Counted from the stretch's first letter, positions 19,408-27,401 are shown. The stretch is DNA of 64,000 bases from Eubacteriales bacterium (GCA_045123255.1 JBGVIN010000104.1:27113-91112); one strand, 5' to 3'. A program made the numbers and translations. The notes: generated from the letters alone by a model not told the origin.

Positions 19408-20202
19408 TCATTTTATATATCCATAGTCTAAAGCGCATTTTATAAGTCCGTTTTCAACGCTTGAAAATTCAACTCCGTGTGCGCGTGCCTTTTGACACCT
19501 CATCCATAAATTTTCGCGCGACGGAGCGTCTAAAACAGACACGTCCCTGCCTATTTTAGAAATAAACTCCTTTGTTATTTCATACATTGACTTAGTCGTT
19601 TCACTTCCAAAGTTGTAAGCGCCACCGGGCAGAAGCAAAACGTTTTTCATTTGCTCGCAAACCTCTTTTACGTAGGTTACACCTCTATACTGACGCGAGC
19701 TTGCAAAAACCTCGCCCTCGGCATCTATCATATTCATAAAATAGTTACCCTTTTTAAGATAGTAGTCGTACATTCACTCCGCGCGTAGCATAACGCTATC
19801 GGAACAAATATCAAGCACGCGGTTTTCCATTTCTAATTTATGCACGGAATATAAGTTAGAGGGCTTTACGTCGTCCTCGCAAAAAGGACCACCCTCACCG
19901 TGACCGCTGTATACCTGGTCGGAGCTAAAGCAAACGAGCTTTATTCCGTTTCCCTTTACCGCATTCGCCAAATAAACGGGCAACAAAACGTTGGCGTAAT
20001 ACGAGCCGTCAGGGTCGCGCTCGCACGCGCCAATATCGGAAATCGCCGCCGTGTGAATTATAGCCTCGCAGCCGCATTCAAGCACCAAGCGCCGCACCTC
20101 GTCCTCGCTCATACCTCGTAACGACGGCGCCGCTATAACACCCTCGCACAAATCCATTATCTTCGCACCAACAAACCCACTCGCACCTGTCACAAGTGTC
20201 AT
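19408..20202 (-). pseudogene. RmlD-like (dTDP-4-dehydrorhamnose reductase family) SDR interrupted by one in-frame TGA
   Basis: N-terminal part has TGASGFVG Rossmann and YSVHK (YxxxK) motifs. Reading continues LRAE-TGA-MYDYYLKKGNYF in the same frame. The family normally has a Trp at this position (LRTSWVY..G.NF). Confidence 0.7.
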
Positions 20203-20378
20203 AAAATCACCTACCTTTTATTACAAAAATATAGTATCACAAATCCAAGCACTTTTCAATTATTTTTTGCATTGTATGCTAAATTTTGTATTGCTATTTT
20301 ATAAAAATAATGTTATAATACTATTGTTGAAAATCCAAGGATTTTGGAAAACGAAAAATGATTTTGGAGGAGTATTTA

Positions 20379-21416
20379 ATGAATTATATTGGTTCGAAAT
20401 ATTCATTGATTGATTTTTTAGAAAGATCAATAGATAAAACTTTAAAATTTTACAATGAAAAAAGAACTCCGTCTGAAATGATTTTTGCTGATTTGTTTGC
20501 AGGAACAGGAGTAGTGAGTGGCTCATTCAAAAAACAAGGCTATTCTATTATTGCGAACGATATTCAGTATTATAGCTATGTTATAACAAAACATATGATA
20601 GAAAATAACGGGAATCTTGACAAAGAACGTTGCAACAAACTTATTGAAGAGCTTAATGGTTTGAATGGCGTAGAAGGATTTATATATAAAAACTACTCTT
20701 ATGGTGGAACAGAAGGACAAGAGTTCAGAAGGATGTACTTTTCCGATTATAATGCTAAAAAATGTGATGCTATAAGAATTGCAATAGATAGTTGGTTTAA
20801 CAATGGAAAAATCAATGAAAATGAATATTTCTTTTTGTTAGGATCGCTTATTAACAGCATAGATAAATGTGCAAACACGGCATCGGTTTATGGAGCTTTC
20901 TTGAAACAATTGAAAAAATCGGCTTCAAAGAAAATGGAACTTATTCCACTGCCTATAATGCAAGGAACAGTGTATTGTAAAGTTTATAATAAAGATATTA
21001 GCGAACTAATTAAGAATGTTTCGGGCGATATTTTGTATTTAGATCCACCATATAATGCTCGTCAATATTGTTCAAACTATCATTTGCTTGAAACAATAGC
21101 AAAATATGACAATCCTGTGATTAAGGGAAAAACCGGCTTGCGTAATTATAGTGAGCAAAAAAGCGTTTTTTGTATGAAAGACAAGGTTGCAGAATCCTTT
21201 GCAGAACTTATAAAAAATGCTAAATTCAAATATATATTTTTAAGCTATAACAATGAAGGCTTAATGTCGTTTGAAACGATAGAAAGAATAATGAAAAAGC
21301 ACGGAAAATACAAAGTATATATGCAACAACACAGACGATTCAAAGCGGATAACGCTAGAGATTGCAAGGCAGATTCAACAATTGAATATTTGCATTGTTT
21401 AGTTAAGGATGTATAA
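20379..21416 (+). CDS. DNA adenine methyltransferase, D12 (Dam-like, alpha) class
   Basis: N-terminal MNYIGSKY. AdoMet motif FADLFAGTG. Catalytic YLDPPYN. GGAGGAG RBS precedes the ATG at 20379. Confidence 0.8.
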   Translation: MNYIGSKYSLIDFLERSIDKTLKFYNEKRTPSEMIFADLFAGTGVVSGSFKKQGYSIIANDIQYYSYVITKHMIENNGNLDKERCNKLIEELNGLNGVEGFIYKNYSYGGTEGQEFRRMYFSDYNAKKCDAIRIAIDSWFNNGKINENEYFFLLGSLINSIDKCANTASVYGAFLKQLKKSASKKMELIPLPIMQGTVYCKVYNKDISELIKNVSGDILYLDPPYNARQYCSNYHLLETIAKYDNPVIKGKTGLRNYSEQKSVFCMKDKVAESFAELIKNAKFKYIFLSYNNEGLMSFETIERIMKKHGKYKVYMQQHRRFKADNARDCKADSTIEYLHCLVKDV

Positions 21417-22204
21417 TGAGCAAAATAAACGATCTTGATATGTCAAATTGGAAAGAACTTGATAATGTGTGGTTGGATAGTCTTTGGATAATTCCACAAA
21501 GGGATAATTCAGGGGCACATGACGGTCATTATCACGGTAATTTTGTTCCACAAATACCTCATCAGCTTTTAACACGTTATACCAAAGTAGGGGATTTTGT
21601 TCTAGATCCATTTGCAGGTAGTGGGACAACACTAATAGAAGCACAGAGGATGGGGAGAAATTCTATAGGAATTGAACTACAACCCGATGTCGCAATGGAA
21701 GCTGTTAACAGAATACATTCCGAGCAAAGGGAAGGAATTGTAGCTGATACTTTTGTAGATGATAGTAGAACCTTTGATACCAATAGAATATTGAGCACTT
21801 ATAGTATTAAAAATGTTCAATTTATAATTTATCATCCCCCTTATTGGAATATAATCAAATTTAGTGAAGATGAAAATGATTTATCGAATTCAAAAACGTT
21901 AGAAACGTTTATAGACAGTTTTAGACAAGTTGTAAGAAACACATCAGCTATACTCGAAAAGGGCAGGTATTGTGCTGTAGTTATTGGCGACAAATATGCT
22001 AACAGTCAGTTGGTTCCGTTGGGCTTTTATTGTATGCAAGCAATGCAACAAGAGGGTTTAACATTAAAAGCGACAATTGTTAAGAATTTTGAAGAAACAA
22101 AAGGCAAAGCAAATCAAAAAGCCCTTTGGAGACAAAGAGCTTTACAAAATGGATTGTATTTGTTTAAACACGAATATATTTTCTTATTTAAGAAGGAGAA
22201 GTGA
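21416..22204 (+). CDS. DNA methyltransferase (N6-adenine or N4-cytosine) with permuted motif order and an HPPY catalytic motif
   Basis: GDFVLDPFAGSGTTLIEAQRMGRNSIGIE (motif I) precedes IIYHPPYW (motif IV). Its start overlaps the stop of the upstream methyltransferase (ATAATG). Confidence 0.7.
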   Translation: MSKINDLDMSNWKELDNVWLDSLWIIPQRDNSGAHDGHYHGNFVPQIPHQLLTRYTKVGDFVLDPFAGSGTTLIEAQRMGRNSIGIELQPDVAMEAVNRIHSEQREGIVADTFVDDSRTFDTNRILSTYSIKNVQFIIYHPPYWNIIKFSEDENDLSNSKTLETFIDSFRQVVRNTSAILEKGRYCAVVIGDKYANSQLVPLGFYCMQAMQQEGLTLKATIVKNFEETKGKANQKALWRQRALQNGLYLFKHEYIFLFKKEK

Positions 22205-22221
22205 AAACTTCTCCTTTTTGT

Positions 22222-23355
22222 TTATAAGTATTTGATTAATTCGATATCATTGCCATCAATGCTAAATCCTATATATTCCAAACTAGCAACGTCTACATTT
22301 TCTATGTCAAAACTAAATTTGGAAAAATGGCTTTTTAGGGCGTTGGAAGGCTCACCTTTTGCAATTATGCACGGAATAACGTGGATCTTTTTGTTTAAGT
22401 ACTTGGGAATGAGATAGTATGATAACCATTCTAGATACCAAGGGATTTGAGAGTCAACAATATCACGATAAGGTTCTTCATCCTTTAACTCTATCAATTT
22501 TATGAAAACATCTGTGTCGGTTTCTTGTTTGAACATCAGATCAATTCTTTGCATTCCTACTCCGCACGAAACTTCGTTTCCTATCCAAACCTCTTCGTTA
22601 GATAGCGGTAACAAAATATCTCTATAATAAGTGTTATCGAAATTTTGGGTTAAGTAAGCTTGCAAATGAGTTTCAAAAGCGTTTCCGCGATTGAACTTGT
22701 ATATAAGTCTGTCTTTTACATTTATCTCTAATTGCCTGCCAGAATAAACAAATTCGTCATTGTAAGCTTCGATTTCTTTTGCTTTTGTATTAAAGGTAAA
22801 TCTGTTAGAATTAATAGAAATATTATTGTTTTTTTCTTTTAGTTTTTCTAGCAAATCATTGAATTCGTAATCCATTATCATTGTACAGCCACGATTTGCT
22901 TTAAGTTTCCTATAAATTAAGCTCCAACAAAGATCAGCAGGATGTTTTTTGCCTCTTAATGAATCAAGGTATTCATGTTCGGTGATTCCTTTAGGATAAA
23001 CATTTTCTCCTGAAATCAATATCCTAAAGGATAAACCCTTGTATAACTTATTAACTAAATAATTTTGATCGTTATTTTCATCAAAAAAAGGAAGAGATTC
23101 TGCTTTAAATACGCCAAAAAACATACCAGGAGTGTCTTTTGACGCTTGTAGATAGAATATTATATTATCACCTATTCGTATCCTTGAAATATCGGCAATC
23201 ATTCCTACCAACATTCTTTCGGTAGTTGCATTGAAAGAAATATTAGAATCAAGTAAGAAAGTTGATAGTTTATCCTTAGCACCTGTTCCTGCAAACATAT
23301 ATTCCAAATGATATTTGAATGTATTTATATCAACGACAAAAACGTGTGTAGTCAT
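22222..23355 (-). CDS. putative nuclease: PUA/EVE-like N-terminal domain fused to a PD-(D/E)XK-like C-terminal domain
   Basis: N-terminal IRIGDNIIFYLQ....GMFFGVFKAESLPFFD resembles the EVE/PUA core. The C-terminal half has GMQRIDLMF ... IKLIELKDEE (D...ExK). Domain calls are by eye only. Confidence 0.45.
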   Translation of the reverse strand: MTTHVFVVDINTFKYHLEYMFAGTGAKDKLSTFLLDSNISFNATTERMLVGMIADISRIRIGDNIIFYLQASKDTPGMFFGVFKAESLPFFDENNDQNYLVNKLYKGLSFRILISGENVYPKGITEHEYLDSLRGKKHPADLCWSLIYRKLKANRGCTMIMDYEFNDLLEKLKEKNNNISINSNRFTFNTKAKEIEAYNDEFVYSGRQLEINVKDRLIYKFNRGNAFETHLQAYLTQNFDNTYYRDILLPLSNEEVWIGNEVSCGVGMQRIDLMFKQETDTDVFIKLIELKDEEPYRDIVDSQIPWYLEWLSYYLIPKYLNKKIHVIPCIIAKGEPSNALKSHFSKFSFDIENVDVASLEYIGFSIDGNDIELIKYL

Positions 23356-23356
23356 T

Positions 23357-23968
23357 TTATTTTTTCTCCTGCAAATGTTTCTTAAATTCTATTGGGTCGT
23401 ACCAATAACAACCCTCACAGGCATTTTCCTCGTTGTTGTGTTTTGCACCACCCTTATAGTAAGACATAGGATAACCTAGTTGCTTGGCATCATAACGAAT
23501 TCCTGTTTGGCGACATTCTTTACAATATTGGCGTTTTGCATCGTTTGCCGCTTTGCTCAGTGGTTGAAAATCTTCATATCTTTGGTCTTCATTCAGCATT
23601 ACACGACCTTCGTTTTTTAGACCGTTTTTGTGATCAACCTCTGGATTGGATGTCCCAAGCACAACACATCTTTTCGCTTGAATTCTACGTTTTATGTTAG
23701 GATCTATGTAAGCAGAATAAGGGTCTCCTGTATTAAAACCACAAGTTCTAATCGCATCTGTTCTATTGCCTGGAGTTATGCTTTTGTCCCTTTCTATAAT
23801 ATATTTTTTACCAAAAGGGCCGTCGTCTCTGGACCATCCAGCGCCATTAAGAAGCTGTAATCCTTGATATTCACCTACAAACTCATCAACGCTAACCCAT
23901 CTACTGAATCCGTTTTCGTCTACTTGTGATAATTCTTCAAACAATTCTATTTTTGTCTTTCTAGGCAT
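23357..23968 (-). CDS. HNH (beta-beta-alpha-Me) restriction endonuclease with C-terminal Cys4 zinc site
   Basis: EVDHKNGLKN...N...FQPLSKAANDAKR and CKEC...CEGC. The stop lies 1 nt from the start of the next gene. Confidence 0.6.
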   Translation of the reverse strand: MPRKTKIELFEELSQVDENGFSRWVSVDEFVGEYQGLQLLNGAGWSRDDGPFGKKYIIERDKSITPGNRTDAIRTCGFNTGDPYSAYIDPNIKRRIQAKRCVVLGTSNPEVDHKNGLKNEGRVMLNEDQRYEDFQPLSKAANDAKRQYCKECRQTGIRYDAKQLGYPMSYYKGGAKHNNEENACEGCYWYDPIEFKKHLQEKK

Positions 23969-23985
23969 TTCAATAAACCTCCTTA

Positions 23986-24192
23986 TTAAAAATTGAAAAA
24001 CTCAGAGAGTGAGACATTTAAAGCCTTTGCAATTTTTTCAATATTTACAATTGAAATATTACGTTTACCACATTCAACACTTGTTATGTATGTTCTATCA
24101 AGATCTACCATATCGGCAAATTCTTCTTGGCTAACACCTAATTTATTGCGTAATTCTCGTATACGTTTTCCAACAGTTTGTTTTATATCCAT
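23986..24192 (-). CDS. controller (C) protein, XRE-family helix-turn-helix regulator
   Basis: 68 aa starting MDIKQTVGKRIRELRNKLGVSQEEFA. First gene of the nuclease operon, with C-boxes immediately upstream. The track start at 24237 is judged too long. Confidence 0.75.
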   Translation of the reverse strand: MDIKQTVGKRIRELRNKLGVSQEEFADMVDLDRTYITSVECGKRNISIVNIEKIAKALNVSLSEFFNF

Positions 24193-24240
24193 AATAAAAA
24201 CCTTTCTCGTTAAAATTCGACAAAATAAGTATAACAAAAA

Positions 24241-24271
24241 GTGACTTTTATCTCAACGGACTTTAAGTCAC
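24241..24271 (-). promoter_or_regulatory. C-box operator pair upstream of the C gene
   Basis: GACTTTAAGTC (GACT-N3-AGTC) at 24259-24269 and a degenerate GACTTTTATCTC at 24243-24254. These are embedded in the GTGACTT...AAGTCAC inverted repeat. Confidence 0.6.
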
Positions 24272-24320
24272 AAAAATGAATGTATCAAAAATTGTCAAAT
24301 AATGAAATGATTTTTCGATA

Positions 24321-24350
24321 ACAAAAACGCACCGCCATTCAAGGCGGTGC
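24321..24350 (-). terminator. intrinsic terminator of the aldo/keto reductase gene; right edge of the island
   Basis: GCACCGCC / GGCGGTGC stem followed on the minus strand by GTTTTTGTT. Confidence 0.75.
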
Positions 24351-24359
24351 TATTATAAA

Positions 24360-25367
24360 CTATTTTCCCATAACGTTCGCCGCTTTTTTGAGCATTTCGC
24401 GGATAGGAAGATTATACGGGCAACGCGCTTCACACGCGCCGCACTCAATACAGTCCGAGGCAAATTTGCCGAGTGCAGAGTAGCGCACCTGTGCCCAATC
24501 CTTTAGGTCGTAGCGGCTGAAATAGCCCTCCAAAAGAAAGACCGACGGGATGTTAATTCCAACGGTGCAGGGTGCACAGTAGTTACATCTGCGGCAGAAA
24601 TTCGTGCCTAAGCTTTCCCTTATTTTGGCAATTTTTTCTTCCTCGTCGCGTAAGAGCGGGGAAGTGTCGGAAATTGATTTTGCATTTTCCTCAATTTCCT
24701 TTTCATTTGCCATACCGGGAATAACCACGTCAACGCTTGGGTTAGACGCGATAAAGCGCATAGCAACGCGTGAATTATCAATTGCACCGCCCGCAAGCGG
24801 CTTCATACAAATAAAGCCGACGTTCTTTTCCTTGCAAAGCGCAATCAGCTCCTCGCCCTGTGTTTCCACAATATTGTAAGGGAACATAATGCTCTCCACC
24901 CAATCAAGCTCAAGCGCACGCTCAAATAGCTCAACGGAGTGAAGTGTAATTCCGATATGACCTATCTTGCCTGATGCCCTCGCCTCAATTAACGCTTCAA
25001 GCGCACCGCCCTTTTCCATTACCGCCTCAAAATCCTTCGGACTTGGGTTATGTATTTGGTATAGGTCAATATAATCCGTTTGTAGCTTTTCAAGGCTCGT
25101 TTCAATATCCTTTGCCATACTGTCTTTTGTGCGCGCCATGCTCTTTGTCGCAAGCACAAATTTTTCACGCACACCGCTTAGCGCGTAGCCAAGATATTCC
25201 TCACTCACCGTGTATGCACGCGCCGTATCGATAAAATTCACACCCTTGTTTATTAGCTCTAAAATAAGCTCGCGCGTTTTTTCCTTTGTAGTTTTTTGAA
25301 TAGGAATTCCGCCAAAGCCAAGGCGCGAAATTTCAAGTCCTGTTTTTCCTAAAATTCTATATTCCAT
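24360..25367 (-). CDS. aldo/keto reductase with C-terminal 4Fe-4S ferredoxin-type domain
   Basis: GFGGIPIQ and IDTARAY at the N-terminus. C-terminal CRRCNYCAPC and CIECGACEARCPY. Confidence 0.8.
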   Translation of the reverse strand: MEYRILGKTGLEISRLGFGGIPIQKTTKEKTRELILELINKGVNFIDTARAYTVSEEYLGYALSGVREKFVLATKSMARTKDSMAKDIETSLEKLQTDYIDLYQIHNPSPKDFEAVMEKGGALEALIEARASGKIGHIGITLHSVELFERALELDWVESIMFPYNIVETQGEELIALCKEKNVGFICMKPLAGGAIDNSRVAMRFIASNPSVDVVIPGMANEKEIEENAKSISDTSPLLRDEEEKIAKIRESLGTNFCRRCNYCAPCTVGINIPSVFLLEGYFSRYDLKDWAQVRYSALGKFASDCIECGACEARCPYNLPIREMLKKAANVMGK

Positions 25368-25375
25368 TTTTCTCC

Positions 25376-26272
25376 TTAATCAAAGTAGGTCAGCGCCCAC
25401 GTGTTATCGCTTGAATACTCAATTTCCTCTGAAATAATACTTGCTAATTTAGACACGTCCCCGAGTGTTTTCGCACCCGCTTTACAAATTAGCGAAGCAA
25501 GCAGCCGCTCGCAAAAGAGAGAAAAGGAAAGGCGCGAGCAAAAATCCTCACCGTCCTCTGCTTCCGTTGCGTGGCGGTAGATAAGATACGCCAAAAACCT
25601 TTCAAGGTATTTGTTTGTTTCCTCGTCCTTTGGGCGTTTTGCGGATGAATAATTCATAAAAAGCGTTTTATGCTCGGAGTTAAGATATTCTAAAGTGTCA
25701 AGTATTTCAAGATACCTTGTATCATTGTAAGCGTCTATTTGAAACTCCTTGTAAATTTTTTCAAGATGTGCTAAGTAATCAGTTGATGTGTCACCAAGCA
25801 TTTTGTATATTTCTTCGCGCACGCCACGGGCGTCAAAGCAAACGTCGTCGGCTATGGCGTCAACCTCGCCAATTTCCTCTATAACCGCGTAGTCGGGAGA
25901 GGAGAGAATAACGCGCGCCGCCTCGGGGCACGATGCACCGATACCCACCTCGCATACGTCCGTGAAATTATAAAACCTCGGATGTTCTCGGCAAATATCG
26001 CAAAGGTATTCCTCACCTAAATTGCAAATTATCTTGCAAAGTCCGTTTCCGTTTAGATGTGGGCATCTTTCGCCTGTGGCAAGCTTAAAGTGCGGCGCTT
26101 CATCCATGCAAACGGTATCCATTATGGTTGCACCGTAGCCGTGTTTCAACGATTTGTATTTTTCAAGGGTGATTTCGTCAACGTCGATTTCCCAACCGAT
26201 ACAGCAGCTATGCTCGCACTCGCCCGCAATGCACTTAAAATCCTTATAATATTTTGGAGCGTAAAGCTTCAT
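25376..26272 (-). CDS. Cys-rich FliB-family (flagellin lysine-N-methylase-like) protein
   Basis: N-terminal YYKDFKCIAGECEHSCCIGWEIDVD signature. The family call is tentative. Confidence 0.45.
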   Translation of the reverse strand: MKLYAPKYYKDFKCIAGECEHSCCIGWEIDVDEITLEKYKSLKHGYGATIMDTVCMDEAPHFKLATGERCPHLNGNGLCKIICNLGEEYLCDICREHPRFYNFTDVCEVGIGASCPEAARVILSSPDYAVIEEIGEVDAIADDVCFDARGVREEIYKMLGDTSTDYLAHLEKIYKEFQIDAYNDTRYLEILDTLEYLNSEHKTLFMNYSSAKRPKDEETNKYLERFLAYLIYRHATEAEDGEDFCSRLSFSLFCERLLASLICKAGAKTLGDVSKLASIISEEIEYSSDNTWALTYFD

Positions 26273-26284
26273 TTTCTTTTCCTT

Positions 26285-27040
26285 TTAATATAGCTTAATG
26301 CTTTTTAGATATTCTTCCTCAATTGCATAAAAATCCGAGGTGTGGAGATATTCGCACATATCGGGGTGATACTCAATCGAGCGCTTAAAATTGTTTTCGT
26401 CAAGACTGATTAAGGCGAGCAAGCAGCCGTATTCCCTTATCGCGTCAATATCATCCCTGCATGTGTCCCAAGTATAACAAAAGCATCTTTTTGAGCGCTC
26501 AGGGAAGTCCTTGACGGTTTTTGCAAAGCCCGCACCGCGGTCAATAAAGCGCGCATCGGGGTCAACTGATAAAATTGTATTTATTCCGTCCATGCCTGAG
26601 CCGTTTAAGGCGTAAACAACCTTGCCTATCATGCCGCATTTTAGTACTAATTTAGACACTCCCTCGGCAATTTTCAGTCCGTTCTTCAAATCTATGTTCA
26701 CGTACATGCCCGTGTGGTACGCCAAATTGAGCACCTCTTCAAGCGTCGGCACTCTTTGTACGCCACACTTTTCATCACTTGATAAAATCACGGAGCGTAA
26801 CACCTCGCTTGACGTTTCCTCCACCTTGTACGTTACCGCCTCGCCCTTATCGTTAAAGCCGCGCACCGTATCGTCGTGATTTACGATAAACACGCCGTCC
26901 TTTGATAAGCGCGCATCGGTTTCAATCATTTCCGCACCGCGCAAGAACGCGTTATAGTAAGCTGCCAAGCAGTTTTCCTTCAAGTCCCCCTCAACAAATC
27001 CCCTGTGAGCAGAAGTTATCCAAAATTTTTTGTGATTCAT
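26285..27040 (-). CDS. glycerophosphodiester phosphodiesterase family protein
   Basis: AHRG..ENCLAAY and IETDARLSKDGVFIVNHDDTV motifs. Confidence 0.8.
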   Translation of the reverse strand: MNHKKFWITSAHRGFVEGDLKENCLAAYYNAFLRGAEMIETDARLSKDGVFIVNHDDTVRGFNDKGEAVTYKVEETSSEVLRSVILSSDEKCGVQRVPTLEEVLNLAYHTGMYVNIDLKNGLKIAEGVSKLVLKCGMIGKVVYALNGSGMDGINTILSVDPDARFIDRGAGFAKTVKDFPERSKRCFCYTWDTCRDDIDAIREYGCLLALISLDENNFKRSIEYHPDMCEYLHTSDFYAIEEEYLKSIKLY

Positions 27041-27133
27041 TTTCGTTCCCTCCCGAGAAATATCTATATCATAATTGTAGCATAAAAGCAGTCGCTTTTC
27101 AACCTAAAAGCAAAAATGGCATTTCTTTGCAAT

Positions 27134-27170
27134 GAATAAAAAATTCGACAAGCCGAAGCTTGTCGAATTT
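27134..27170 (-). terminator. intrinsic terminator directly after the tRNA-like structured element
   Basis: 13-bp stem AAATTCGACAAGC / GCTTGTCGAATTT with a TTCG loop (minus strand), followed by TTTTTTATT. Confidence 0.8.
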
Positions 27171-27171
27171 T

Positions 27172-27275
27172 TGGCAGGGGCGCAAGGACTCCTTTGCCTG
27201 CGGGCAAAGCCTTTCCGCGGATCTGACAGTCCACAGGACTGTCATTCAACACCGCTTCCCCTTCGAGTCTTGCGC
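27172..27275 (-). other. 104-nt structured element ending in a copy of the tRNA-Trp 3' end (possible att scar or ncRNA/leader)
   Basis: Closing helix GCGCAAGACTC / GAGTCcTTGCGC. Internal hairpins GACAGTCC-TGT-GGACTGTC and CTTTGCC-CGCA-GGCAAAG. The 3' end is ...GCGCCCCTGCCA. Confidence 0.35.
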
Positions 27276-27287
27276 TTTGTTCTCATT

Positions 27288-27317
27288 AAAACAAAAAAGG
27301 TACGACAAGCGTACCTT
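27288..27317 (-). terminator. intrinsic terminator after tRNA-Trp
   Basis: AAGGTACG / CGTACCTT stem followed by TTTTGTTTT on the minus strand. Confidence 0.8.
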
Positions 27318-27325
27318 CTTTGTTT

Positions 27326-27401
27326 TGGCAGGGGCGCAAGGACTCGAACCCTGGACACCCAGTTTTGGAGACTGGTGTTCTACCGACTGAACTACACCCC
27401 T
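27326..27401 (-). tRNA. trnW: tRNA-Trp (anticodon CCA), CCA encoded
   Basis: 76-nt cloverleaf folded by hand. Acceptor AGGGGTG/CGCCCCT, D arm GTTC/GAAC, anticodon loop CTCCAAA, T loop TTCGAGT. Confidence 0.9.

Larger units (their letters stand above)
20203..24322. other. AT-rich accessory island carrying a 5-gene restriction-modification locus
   Basis: Abrupt shift to AT-rich composition and different codon usage relative to both flanks. Bounded by the rmlD-like pseudogene start and the terminator of the aldo/keto reductase gene. Confidence 0.7.

Noticed and set aside
19771-19776. TGA decoded as Trp (code 4/25) or as selenocysteine in the RmlD-like gene.
   Set aside because: TGA clearly terminates neighbouring well-conserved genes (cmk, plsC). 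No SECIS-like hairpin follows the codon, and Sec is not known at this position in this family. A nonsense mutation or a sequencing error is more parsimonious.
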